Shown here: piece by piece, positions 51,396 through 60,840 of the stretch
Layout: every line of letters starts with the position of its first letter
How positions within the stretch are numbered: the first letter of the stretch is position 1
Virus record (IMG/VR): IMGVR_UViG_3300032007_000001
Length of the DNA: 64,000 nucleotides
Origin: a virus
Taxonomy: Duplodnaviria; Caudoviricetes
Direction: 5' to 3' (one strand)
The notes under the pieces: generated by a model
Databases searched by the model: none
What the model was told of the DNA's origin: nothing
The model's input: only the letters and a program-made list of their open reading frames with translations
Program-made: the position numbers and the translations under genes

Positions 51396-52109
51396 TTATT
51401 CGTATATATTTTTTGATTTTTTGCTGTCAACATATTGAAATACTGGTCTAAAATTATATGTAAAATTATAATACAATATAACTTTATTCCATGTGTTCCA
51501 ATGTCCTTCACTTATATATGATTCTATTGAATTACTACTTTGTTGTTTTATTTTTTCATCTTCAAATGATGAGTTAATATTTTTTGTGTTTATTGCCGAA
51601 TAAGCCGCACCACCGCCATACATTCCAACAGCTGATTGCGTCTTAAATGTCAGGTCATTAAAAAATCTATGAGACGAATTTGAAGATTTGTTATTTTGTA
51701 TATGCTCTCCTTGTGCTGTAAATGTATAAGTCCACGTGCCACTCTTATCTGTTGGTGTAATAAATATTGTAATAAACGAATCTTGCTGAAAAGATGTAAA
51801 ACCATATCCTTTATTCATTACGCCTATACCAACAGAATTATCATAATGCCATACATTAATATTTGCCGCTGTAATGGACCCACCCAATGTTCCAGTTTTT
51901 ATATTTTTTTCGTATTCATCATTTGACATTATTCTAACAGATATTAAAGACATTAAATTTTTATTATTTTCATCATTTTCAATTGATATATTTTCAAGAA
52001 GAAATGCTTTCAATGTTTCCAAATCTTCTAGCGTACTTGCGTTTTGTATGTCATCATATTCTTTTTCTGTAAGATTCTTTGAAGATAGTTTATATGACAA
52101 AATATTCAC
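51396..52109 (-). CDS. FRP-motif paralog family member 1 (possible C-type-lectin-like fold)
   Basis: VRIMSNDEY...TLGGSI and C-terminal FRPVFQYVDSKKSKNIY shared with 53400 and 57650. Confidence 0.7.
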   Translation of the reverse strand: MNILSYKLSSKNLTEKEYDDIQNASTLEDLETLKAFLLENISIENDENNKNLMSLISVRIMSNDEYEKNIKTGTLGGSITAANINVWHYDNSVGIGVMNKGYGFTSFQQDSFITIFITPTDKSGTWTYTFTAQGEHIQNNKSSNSSHRFFNDLTFKTQSAVGMYGGGAAYSAINTKNINSSFEDEKIKQQSSNSIESYISEGHWNTWNKVILYYNFTYNFRPVFQYVDSKKSKNIYE

Positions 52110-52184
52110 CTCTAAAAACCATAGCTATTATTAAAATAAATCTAAAAAATCAAAAAATAAAAGAGAGGATTGATTCCTCTCTTT

Positions 52185-52493
52185 TTAATATCCGTAATAT
52201 TTCTTATATATAAAATGATAAAAGTCACTCAGGTACACTTCAACGTCACTCAAACACTTGTTTTTTATCTCTTCTTTTATGTCATCTATACTTTCGTTTA
52301 TGTTATTCAATATCCTTCGTTTCAATTTCAAGAAATTATAATCATGAAATAAATCAACTTCAATGTTGCTACCGGCGTGTTTGGATAACTGATAATTCAA
52401 GAAAAATGTATAGGAAAAAATCCTAATATTACCATAATATGAAGTAATAAAAAAATATACTGTCATATTATTATTTTTATATATCTTTTCCAT
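52185..52493 (-). CDS. C-terminal GL family protein
   Basis: Ends KKYYGY*. Confidence 0.68.
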   Translation of the reverse strand: MEKIYKNNNMTVYFFITSYYGNIRIFSYTFFLNYQLSKHAGSNIEVDLFHDYNFLKLKRRILNNINESIDDIKEEIKNKCLSDVEVYLSDFYHFIYKKYYGY

Positions 52494-52496
52494 GAA

Positions 52497-52661
52497 TCAA
52501 TACCCAAAATCTTTCAAAAACATTTTCCTTAGCCTTACATATATTCCGCTATCGTTCTTCTTACACGTTTCTTCGAATACTTTGTCTATCGTTATGTTCG
52601 TATAAGCAAAAAACCCAAACCAACAGACAAAGTACTCTACTGACTTTTCTCTATTCGTCAT
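52497..52661 (-). CDS. 54-aa C-terminal GL family protein (below ORF-track cutoff)
   Basis: MTNREKSVEYF...RKMFLKDFGY*; overlaps phosphatase stop. Confidence 0.55.
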   Translation of the reverse strand: MTNREKSVEYFVCWFGFFAYTNITIDKVFEETCKKNDSGIYVRLRKMFLKDFGY

Positions 52662-53310
52662 AATCTTCCTCTATATCATCTTGTATATACTTCTTCGTTT
52701 CTATATTGAAGCATGTAATTTTCCCCTTGTACCGATAACTACCAGTGTCCAGCATATATATATTATTCTTCAATATCAATGGCTTATTATAATCCTCTTC
52801 CAAGCATTGCGTAGACGTATGCCCAACTACGATTATGTCCTCTCCTTCGTAATTAGCAAAGAAGCTTTCTCTTATCCATAGCAAATCTTCTTTTATCTGT
52901 TTGTCCAATCCATAAAAAGGATTTATCCCAGCATGGACAAATATATACTTCCCAATCCTATACCATAACGGCAAATTCTCTACCCATTCTATTAGTTCAT
53001 CAAACTCTCCTCGCGGCAATTTATCTAATTGTTTTTTAGTCGTATCAAATCCATTGTAAGTCCAAGTATTGTCAAGGCCTTTATAAAAATTTATCATCAT
53101 ATCTTCATGATTGCCCATCAATGCTATTACATTACTGTATTTCTCTGTCAATTCCTTGACATACTTCAAACATTCAATAGATTTTTCTCCACGGTCTATA
53201 TAATCACCCAAAAATATCAAATAATCTTTTTCAAAATCTATCTTGACTTTTCCCATTAAAGACATCAGTTTATCATACATTCCATGTATATCGCCAATAG
53301 CATATATCAT
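52651..53310 (-). CDS. PPP-family Ser/Thr metallophosphatase (lambda NinI-like)
   Basis: GDIHG, GDYIDRG, GNHE, FVHAG, VGHT, LDTG motifs. Confidence 0.92.
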   Translation of the reverse strand: MIYAIGDIHGMYDKLMSLMGKVKIDFEKDYLIFLGDYIDRGEKSIECLKYVKELTEKYSNVIALMGNHEDMMINFYKGLDNTWTYNGFDTTKKQLDKLPRGEFDELIEWVENLPLWYRIGKYIFVHAGINPFYGLDKQIKEDLLWIRESFFANYEGEDIIVVGHTSTQCLEEDYNKPLILKNNIYMLDTGSYRYKGKITCFNIETKKYIQDDIEEDYDE

Positions 53311-53399
53311 TTCTACCACCTCTAAATTCAATTATATATTCAAATAAAAACTTTGTAAATACTTTTATTTTGTTTATATAAACTACCACAGCGAGGTAT

Positions 53400-54080
53400 A
53401 TGCCTATGTCTATCGATACAGTGAAGGAATCACTAAGCAACTTGGTATCTTCTGGAGAAATCAATAACAAAACGCAAGAAGAACTGAGTGATATCTTATA
53501 CAATTTTTATTTATCATTAAAATATAGTAATGAACATCAAAACAATAATTCTGTTATTGTTAGGACTTTATCAAACGATGAATACAGTAAATATTTAATG
53601 AACAGCACATTCGGTGGGTCAATTGTCATGAAAGATGAGAACGTATTCCACTTCTGTGACAAAGACGGCGCATCCACTCTTTTGTATTATCTAAACAAAG
53701 ATTATACTGCGCATGATAATAAATTATATAATAACCCAAATATTTATAAAAGATATACATATGGTACTGGCGGTAATTGGTTTTTTGGTCATTTTGTATT
53801 TATATACGAATTAAAGTTAAATAACAAAAACAACAACTGCACATTAAGAAAAACAAAAAAATCTGTTTTGGATATTTTTGACGCACCTTCAACTTATAAT
53901 AAACTTGACATTGAAAGTTCACGCGAAGTTAATAAAAATTTTACTGGATATTTTAATCAAAGAACACCAAAATTCAGCAATTTGTCAGTTGACCCACGTT
54001 ATACATGCGATATATTGTCTGGGTTTAGGCCAATTTTTCAATATCTTGACAACAAAAAATCAACCAATATTTTTAGTTAA
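53400..54080 (+). CDS. FRP-motif paralog family member 2
   Basis: VRTLSNDEY...TFGGSI; GFRPIFQYLDNKKSTNIF. Confidence 0.7.
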   Translation: MPMSIDTVKESLSNLVSSGEINNKTQEELSDILYNFYLSLKYSNEHQNNNSVIVRTLSNDEYSKYLMNSTFGGSIVMKDENVFHFCDKDGASTLLYYLNKDYTAHDNKLYNNPNIYKRYTYGTGGNWFFGHFVFIYELKLNNKNNNCTLRKTKKSVLDIFDAPSTYNKLDIESSREVNKNFTGYFNQRTPKFSNLSVDPRYTCDILSGFRPIFQYLDNKKSTNIFS

Positions 54081-54140
54081 GATTATTTCAACAATCAATT
54101 TTATTCTTAAAATAGTAAAACAGAAACGGAGATATACATC

Positions 54141-54422
54141 ATGAAACATCTAATCAAAAAAGCAAATAAAAATTTACTCTATACTTTTTCCACCAATGAC
54201 GGAAAATTCAAAGATAAAAACGATGCAATCAATTATATCGAAAAATTAGACAAACCATGCGTTTATACATATGGATTGGAATATAAACATCCAACTACTC
54301 ATAGAGTTCCAGTTACAAAAGAAGAAGCAATAGAAAAAATAAAAAACAACAGCTTGGTGGATATAACTGAAGAAACTGATGTCATTCATATCAATGCTTA
54401 TAGCAGCAATGATATGTACTAA
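54141..54422 (+). CDS. MKHLIKKA-leader family protein
   Basis: Begins MKHLIKKANK; GGAG RBS. Confidence 0.7.
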   Translation: MKHLIKKANKNLLYTFSTNDGKFKDKNDAINYIEKLDKPCVYTYGLEYKHPTTHRVPVTKEEAIEKIKNNSLVDITEETDVIHINAYSSNDMY

Positions 54423-54447
54423 AAAAGAGAGGATTATATCCTCTCTT

Positions 54448-54684
54448 TTAATATGTTATCTTTTTTTTATTCATAGCGTGTTTCATGCATACTTTTACTA
54501 TATCATATACCATTTCTATATCGCTATTCCCAATAGGAATAACGTTCTCTTCATCTGGAAAATAAATCTCTATATTTTTTTTCTCATCATCACAATTAAT
54601 ATAAATAATATCACTACATTCTTTTGTATTCTCCATAACGCTTTCCATTAAATCGCAAATATACTTTTTTTTATCTCCAGACAT
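54448..54684 (-). CDS. Small protein, paralog of 55622..55855
   Basis: Shared ICDL.E.V..NT.ECSDIIYI and MVYDIVKVCM.HA. Confidence 0.7.
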   Translation of the reverse strand: MSGDKKKYICDLMESVMENTKECSDIIYINCDDEKKNIEIYFPDEENVIPIGNSDIEMVYDIVKVCMKHAMNKKKITY

Positions 54685-54706
54685 TTTAATACCAACTTCC
54701 ATATAT

Positions 54707-54983
54707 TTATAATCCAATTACAACCTTCTGAACTTGTTTTGAAAACAATACTAAACAATCATATATATATTCTTTGTTTTTAATAATTTCAACGTTACAA
54801 TCACTACAAGCAATCTTTCTTAAATTATCAATATACGAAGCATTATATTTTCCAAACTGCAAAAATATATCTATCCAAAAATTATCATTTTTTATAATAA
54901 AAAAATTTTTCTCTATAGTATATCATATCGTCAATATATACGCATTTTATCGATATATTGTTTTTCTTATATATCTTTCTCAT
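54707..54983 (-). pseudogene. Frameshifted GL-family gene (one extra nt in A5T7 run)
   Basis: AGGAG RBS; MRKIYKKNN...EKFF then shifted frame IIKNDNFW...KVVIGL*. Confidence 0.65.
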
Positions 54984-55021
54984 TATCTATGTCTCCTAAT
55001 TTGTTCTTCCTTTTTTCAATT

Positions 55022-55351
55022 TCATGCTCCACTTATCAATATATTCTTATCAAACATTGCATTAATTGCTTTTACTATCCGTCCTACAAGCATTTTCTCA
55101 TTCTCATAAAAAAATGGAACGCTATACAAATAATCATATATGAAATTATTATTCCTATTCAATTTTATCATCCAATACTTATCATCAAAAATAAAAGCAA
55201 CTTTCTTATCTTCTCTCTCTTTTACAAAAGTAATAATAACATTAATATATGTCAAATCTTTGTTTGATTGAATCGTAAAACCACTAGCATTCCAAATTTT
55301 TGAATCTTCTTCGATTTCTAATTTGTAATGACATATTTTGTCATATTCCAT
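55022..55351 (-). CDS. C-terminal GL family protein (GA variant)
   Basis: GGAG RBS; ends ILISGA*. Confidence 0.62.
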   Translation of the reverse strand: MEYDKICHYKLEIEEDSKIWNASGFTIQSNKDLTYINVIITFVKEREDKKVAFIFDDKYWMIKLNRNNNFIYDYLYSVPFFYENEKMLVGRIVKAINAMFDKNILISGA

Positions 55352-55367
55352 AATTTATCTCCAAAAA

Positions 55368-55625
55368 TCATAATCCTATTTTCACTATATACTTATCTAA
55401 CGGATAAAAAGATTTTACTACATCCAATATATCTATTCTTTCTAAAATACAATCTACATGCCCAATCAAATGATTCTTAAAATATTCTTTGTCAAAATTT
55501 TTTAAGTCTTCAGTAATAAAATAAGAATAGTTTTCATCATAATAAATAGCAAACATCAATGGATATTTATAAAAATTATGCAAAGATACACAATATTCTT
55601 TCGTTTTTACGCGTCCAAGAATCAT
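55368..55625 (-). CDS. C-terminal GL family protein (FYPL subfamily)
   Basis: Ends FYPLDKYIVKIGL*. Confidence 0.72.
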   Translation of the reverse strand: MILGRVKTKEYCVSLHNFYKYPLMFAIYYDENYSYFITEDLKNFDKEYFKNHLIGHVDCILERIDILDVVKSFYPLDKYIVKIGL

Positions 55626-55855
55626 AAGCTCGTCTTCCCTTTTACAACAGCATGATTCATGCATACTTTCACAATATCATATACCATGTCAATCTCACTT
55701 TTTCCAGCGGCTACTGTTATTTGGTATTCTCCAGAAAACATAACTTCAGCACAGTCATTTTTTTCATCATAACATATATAAATAATATCACTACATTCAT
55801 TTGTATTTGCTATAACAGTTTCTAATAAATCACAAATATTATTTTTACTACTCAT
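55622..55855 (-). CDS. Small protein, paralog of 54448..54684
   Basis: AGGAG RBS; shared motifs. Confidence 0.7.
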   Translation of the reverse strand: MSSKNNICDLLETVIANTNECSDIIYICYDEKNDCAEVMFSGEYQITVAAGKSEIDMVYDIVKVCMNHAVVKGKTSL

Positions 55856-56152
55856 ATTTTTTATTTCTCCTATACAATAAAAGAGAGACTAACATCTCTC
55901 TTCAATCAAATACTCGTACTCCGTCATAAAAAATCTTCCAACTTTGCTACAATCTTTCAATAATGTGCCAGTATCATCAGTTTCATTATCCCAATCTATA
56001 TCCTCTCCAAAAGCATCTTCAATAGCTTCGTTCATTTTCTCTTCTGCTTTTTCTCTATTTTTGCAAACACTGATATTTGTATCATAATCATCACAATAGG
56101 TCTTGTAAATCAATAAAAACATCCTTTATACTCCCTTTCTTTATTTTTCTCT

Positions 56153-56441
56153 AAATTTTTTCAGTTTTCTATATATGCTCTAGAAAAAACCTTATTTTTT
56201 TATCTCGAAATTTTTTCGGTTTTACTATTTCTATCTGGAAAAACCCTAATTTTTTCTCGTGAAATTTTTTCAGTTTTACTCTATTCTTCTAGAAAAACCC
56301 TATTTTTTTCTCGTGAAATTTTTACCATTTTACTCTATTCTTCTAGAAAAACCCTAATTTTTTCTCGTGTTGTGTGAGCCATTAGTTCGCCCTCGAGGGC
56401 CATTTTTAGGCTTTTTTTGAACAGCTGAAAAACTGCACGCT
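56153..56441 (-). repeat. About four ~54-bp tandem repeats joined to dispersed element copy C
   Basis: Unit ~AAATTTTTTCAGTTTTACTCTATTCTTCTAGAAAAACCCTAATTTTTTCTCGTG (+ strand); AGCGTGCAG...ACTAATGGCTCACA on minus at 56441-56373. Confidence 0.8.
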
Positions 56442-56869
56442 GAAGCTATACAAATAGTCATTTCAACATGCAATTTTATCGTACTTAATCATCTGTTGGC
56501 ATATGTTCCCAGAACCAGTCTTCAAATTCTTCATCTGTCATATCAATTAATTCTTTTTCTTCATCCATAATAACACCTCCTATTAAACATCAATATAATT
56601 AGTCATCTCGTGAGGGCCATCTTTGAAATTGAAGACCATAGGATTGATAGTGATGATATTGTTAATCATCTTAATGAAAAAACATACTTCATTATTGTTC
56701 TTATCAATAAAATCCGCAGTACAAGTATCACCATTTACCCAATCTTCAAATTCCTCATGGTATTTTTCAGCCCAAATAGAGATATAGTCTCTGGAAACGG
56801 TATTGGTTTTGTCATCGACCTTCATAGTCCAATTACTTGAGCCAATTTGATAGAACATTTTTATCTCCT

Positions 56870-57190
56870 TTATTGCTTATGTTCGATAATCTTGACAGTA
56901 CCTTCAATGATGCCAAAGCTGCTGTCTTCTTTGTATTCATATTCTTCTGCGTCTTCGTTGTTTTTCATTTTGCGAGTCAGAATCCAAAGAGAATTGTCGG
57001 TTTTCCAACTAATATTGACCAGTTTGCGATTTGGTTCGAGATTGACAGTAATAGTACCGCCAACTTCACGAGCGATAGGATTGAATGTAGATGTATGATT
57101 TCCAGCGACATTGAAAGCAAATGTGGCAATTCCAAAAGCGATTGCAATGATAATGAAAATACTGGCAACCTTAAAGATATTTTTATTCAT
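56870..57190 (-). CDS. Membrane-anchored small phage protein
   Basis: AAAGGAG RBS; N-terminal TM; AR..GGT.TV.L.P..KLVNI.WK...LW.LTR.M motif. Confidence 0.72.
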   Translation of the reverse strand: MNKNIFKVASIFIIIAIAFGIATFAFNVAGNHTSTFNPIAREVGGTITVNLEPNRKLVNISWKTDNSLWILTRKMKNNEDAEEYEYKEDSSFGIIEGTVKIIEHKQ

Positions 57191-57203
57191 TTTTTTCTCT
57201 CCT

Positions 57204-57524
57204 TTACAGTCTGATTTTTCTTCCGGAAATGACATCAACGATAGTAGTGTTAGTACCGAATGCAGCTCGCATTTCAAAAAGCTCTTCTTCAGAAGGAGGC
57301 TGCCAATTCTCGCGGTACTCTTCCAGAGATTTGTCTACATACTCTTCGCGAGCCTTGCGATGTTTTTTCATATCTATCTTATAACCTAATTCAATAGCTT
57401 CTTCAGCAGTATCATTAGGAGCAATATTGCCGGATTTCTTCCAGTACAGAACACCATTGCGAATATCGCCATCTTCGCGAAGTGCATTTTTCAACCACTC
57501 TTTTTCAAATTTCGTCATTGCCAT
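57204..57524 (-). CDS. Hypothetical phage protein
   Basis: GAGGAGG RBS after promoter 57549-57577; EMRAAFG...VDVISG motif. Confidence 0.72.
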   Translation of the reverse strand: MAMTKFEKEWLKNALREDGDIRNGVLYWKKSGNIAPNDTAEEAIELGYKIDMKKHRKAREEYVDKSLEEYRENWQPPSEEELFEMRAAFGTNTTIVDVISGRKIRL

Positions 57525-57649
57525 TTTCCTTACCTCCTCTATGGTTAGATTATACCATAAATTAAGGAAAATGTAAATAGTTTTATGCAATATTTTAAGA
57601 AAAAATTTTTGTATTTTTGATATAGAAGATAAAAACGAGGTAATAGATT

Positions 57650-58348
57650 ATGATATTATCACAAAATGAATTGGAGCAAATTAGAAACGCATCTTCTTTG
57701 GAAGAAGTACGGAACTTTATTTTTTCTTCAGTAGAAAACAACGAAAATGATATTACTGGTGACATTGTTAATATTGGGATATTGAGCAGGAAAGAGTATA
57801 TCAAATATATATGCAATGATACGTTAGACGGGTCTATAACGAAAAAAAACGCTAGCGTATGGAATTACTATAATGGTAAATATGGAAGTGCCTATTATGA
57901 AGAAATGCAGTATCATTATAATCCCTTAAAAAAAGGAGTACAAGTAAATTCCCTAATGGGGAAAATCACACCGTATCATAGTTTGGAAGAATTAACTTCC
58001 GATGGATATATAAGCGCAAGAGATTCAAGGACAGACATTTATACGTATACATTTGAAGCATTTAATGATAATATAAATAATAAAACATTTTCAAATACTG
58101 AAAACGAAAACGTAGTGTTTGAATTTTGGGGTGGATATGGCGGAGATATAACCTGGTATGATTATAAAAAAGTAGAAATAGAATATCAAATCGATAAAAC
58201 GTTTACAACGTCAACGCAAAACGTTACTATTAAGAAGCGATATGGTGGGGAGAATGGTTGTTATTATGGAAAAGTTATTTTTTGTTGTTCTTTTAGACCA
58301 ATCTTTCGTTATGTAGATAATAGAAAAAGTAAAGATATTTTTAAGTAA
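57650..58348 (+). CDS. FRP-motif paralog family member 3
   Basis: IGILSRKEY...TLDGSI; FRPIFRYVDNRKSKDIF. Confidence 0.7.
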   Translation: MILSQNELEQIRNASSLEEVRNFIFSSVENNENDITGDIVNIGILSRKEYIKYICNDTLDGSITKKNASVWNYYNGKYGSAYYEEMQYHYNPLKKGVQVNSLMGKITPYHSLEELTSDGYISARDSRTDIYTYTFEAFNDNINNKTFSNTENENVVFEFWGGYGGDITWYDYKKVEIEYQIDKTFTTSTQNVTIKKRYGGENGCYYGKVIFCCSFRPIFRYVDNRKSKDIFK

Positions 58349-58413
58349 AAAAGAGACCTTATGGTCTCTTTTTCAAAGTGATAAAAATGTCTCAATTGTT
58401 TGGTAATATTTGC

Positions 58414-58638
58414 TTATTTAAAAGATTGTAGTTCTTCCATGACATGCCAAAGTGTATATCCGTAATTGATTAATCCTTCCCAATTGCAATATCTGTCAAA
58501 TACATCCTCTGGCGAAAGAGACATAATATAGTCGTCTCTACTGGTGTCATCTTCTTCTAATCCAAGATTCTGACGTACATTTTTCATGATTCTATCAGAA
58601 TACGTTTCTTGAGCCGTTTTTTGCATTAGATGTTTCAT
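58414..58638 (-). CDS. MKHL-leader family protein
   Basis: Begins MKHLMQKTAQ; GGGAG RBS. Confidence 0.68.
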   Translation of the reverse strand: MKHLMQKTAQETYSDRIMKNVRQNLGLEEDDTSRDDYIMSLSPEDVFDRYCNWEGLINYGYTLWHVMEELQSFK

Positions 58639-58651
58639 ACTTATTCTCCCA

Positions 58652-59071
58652 TTAAAAATTATAGTAATTGAACCATGTAACATCAGGGTCCAAGATTTTA
58701 TTGACTTTTTCTATAATGTTTTCGTATTTTTCATATTCATCGACAGCTTTTATTCTTTCTTCGCCTTTTAGCGATGCCCAGTTTCCGCCAGGAAGCTTTT
58801 TACATAAATCCTTAAATAACTCCCTTGTAGATACGAATCGCTTTTTCAATTCTTCCCAGTCTTGGTCGTAAAAGCCATCGTCAGTATCGAACTTATTCTG
58901 TAGCTCGTCAACTTCTTCCATTCTTTTGTAAATCTTCTTTGTCTTTTTTAAGATATCCGATTTTGTAAATTCCTCTACAGAGTTTGGCTTATCGTTCATA
59001 GCGGAATCAAATTCGTCTATACATTTTTGTGTTTTGTCACTGACTGATGCTAGTTTACGCAAACGTTTCAT
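58652..59071 (-). CDS. MKRL-leader family protein
   Basis: Begins MKRLRKLAS; AAGGAG RBS. Confidence 0.7.
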   Translation of the reverse strand: MKRLRKLASVSDKTQKCIDEFDSAMNDKPNSVEEFTKSDILKKTKKIYKRMEEVDELQNKFDTDDGFYDQDWEELKKRFVSTRELFKDLCKKLPGGNWASLKGEERIKAVDEYEKYENIIEKVNKILDPDVTWFNYYNF

Positions 59072-59162
59072 ATCCTATCTCCTTATTTATTTATTATATT
59101 TATACATTTACTCATTTTTTATATAACGAAAGAGCATCTTACGATGCTCTTGTTTTTTAATT

Positions 59163-59239
59163 TGGTGGACCCTCACGGACTCGAACCGCGGACTACCTGT
59201 TTATGAGACAGGTGTTCTAACCAACTGAACTAAGGGTCC
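59163..59239 (-). tRNA. tRNA with CAT anticodon, probably Ile2 (lysidine) rather than Met
   Basis: CCTGT-CT CAT AA-ACAGG; GGACCCT acceptor resembles Firmicute tRNA-Ile2. Confidence 0.85.
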
Positions 59240-59283
59240 ATATTTATATATTATTTTTTATTAACAACAACTGCATATAAATT

Positions 59284-59400
59284 ATGCGGACAGGGATTTA
59301 CACCCTGTATGGTTGCTCTCTAACTGGGACCACAGTAACGAGTACGTCCGTACTTGTGACAACCGCCGGCACGCTGCGTCTACTTATTCCGCCACCGCAT
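59284..59400 (-). ncRNA. tRNA-Leu-like element with expanded anticodon region and no CCA
   Basis: ATGCGG/CCGCAT acceptor, GGCGGAATAAGTAGACGC D-arm, ACAGGG-TGTAAAT-CCCTGT T-arm, GGTTG/CAACC insert stem. Confidence 0.6.
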
Positions 59401-59411
59401 GAATTTTTTTA

Positions 59412-59487
59412 TGGAGTGAACGACGAAACTTGAATTAGTGACTCCTAACTTTGAAGGATAGTATTCTACCAACTGAGCTAAAGGCCC
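59412..59487 (-). pseudogene. Degenerate tRNA pseudogene
   Basis: TAGCTCAGTTGGTAGA D-region and TCCA end, but acceptor and T stems do not pair. Confidence 0.6.
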
Positions 59488-60222
59488 TTTATAAAGTTAT
59501 TATATAACAAAATCAATGCTTTGTAAATTAGTCAAAAATCAATTCCTTTTTCTTTCCATTCATTCCTCGTAATTGATTCTTTATCCACGGCAATGCCTTT
59601 TCTTTGAAAAATTTTTTATATATCCTTTTCACCTGCAGACCATTGTAAGTAAACGTGTCAATCAAGCCATCTTCCAATAGCTTGATTTCATCCAACGCAC
59701 GTGAAGATATATATTGAACTTTATCGGGATTCATGACTACTATGATATCAACGATATTCCTATCGTCAATATGTATGTATATGTCATTGCCATCTATGTT
59801 TGTATTTCTATACAGCATCTATCATCACCCAGGTATTATTATACCACAAAATCAAAAATGTGTAAATAGAAATTTTACAAAACACGAAAAACCTCATTTA
59901 AGAGGCCTGATTTCATAACATTTTCAAATAAGCCGTTTATATCAAATATATACTTCCTTTACATTCATCTCCCTGCTTGGCTTTACATCAGCTTCAGCTA
60001 TAAGCCTACTTGTGCTAGAATACCAACGTATCAGTGAATGTATTTTTCATATATTTTTTCCATAAACCTACTACTTTTTGAATCTATAGAATCTCGTTTG
60101 CTTCACCAAATGGAAATATGGCAAAAGGAAAAAATATCTTCAAAAAATAATAGTCGCTTTGTAATTAAAATATCATATTTCATATATATAATAATAGAAA
60201 TAATAAATGAGAGGTAAAAAAT

Positions 60223-60435
60223 ATGAAGCATTTAATTAAACAAGCAACTTTATTGGACGAATTTATGACTTATCATGAAGATTATGACAATTATTCAAAA
60301 CATATAAATAACTTCAAAAAGATGTACAAAGTATTAGATAAATATATGAAATCTCCAGATGAAAATGTAAGTGACGCTTTTGAAAGAGCTCCAGAAGATG
60401 AACAAAAATATATGGTAGATTTAATTAGACCATAA
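60223..60435 (+). CDS. MKHLIK-leader family protein
   Basis: Begins MKHLIKQAT; GAGG RBS. Confidence 0.68.
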   Translation: MKHLIKQATLLDEFMTYHEDYDNYSKHINNFKKMYKVLDKYMKSPDENVSDAFERAPEDEQKYMVDLIRP

Positions 60436-60499
60436 AAAGAGGAACTTAATTGTTCCTCTTTTATTTTCATTATTCGAAGTTTTCTGGGGCCAATTTTTA

Positions 60500-60840
60500 T
60501 TCACATAGCTTTACCTCACAAATACTATCGCGAGCTCCTCGCGCAAATCACTTAAATATTCATATTTTATATACAATTATGATAGTGTCAATTTGTGAAG
60601 CTCGCGCAGTAAGCGCGAGGTGAGGGACACCTAATTGTACGCTATTTTTATAGTAGTTTTTTCTATTTAGTACACTGTTTATAGTAGTTGTTTTTATAGT
60701 AGTTTTTTCTATTTAGTACACTGTTTATAGTAGTTGTTTTTATAGTAGTTTTTTCTATTTAGTACACTGTTTATAGTAGTTGTTTTTATAGTAGTTTTTT
60801 TATAGTAGTTTTTATATATTAAATTTATTTAATTTTACAT
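60500..60840. other. Putative replication origin: GC-rich inverted repeats, iteron-like tandem repeat and AT-rich tract
   Basis: CTCGCGC/GCGCGAG hairpin; 46-bp tandem repeat; local switch in + strand C/G bias seen by eye. Confidence 0.6.
60646..60812 (+). repeat. 46-bp tandem repeat x3 plus partial, with ~8 TTTATAGTAGTT units
   Basis: GTACACTG recurs at 60670, 60716 and 60762. Confidence 0.9.

Noticed and set aside
51396-58348. Diversity-generating retroelement
   Set aside because: No reverse transcriptase and no template/variable repeat pair with adenine-specific differences seen in this window
59412-59487. TCA-anticodon suppressor or Sec tRNA implying stop-codon recoding
   Set aside because: Acceptor and T stems do not pair; TGA, TAG and TAA all terminate ORFs normally and coding density is high under the standard code
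59900-60130. Possible ncRNA
   Set aside because: Reads like a decayed minus-strand coding remnant with stops; no convincing structure
60646-60812. 46-bp repeats as a CRISPR array
   Set aside because: Units are head-to-tail with no unique spacers, and no cas genes are present
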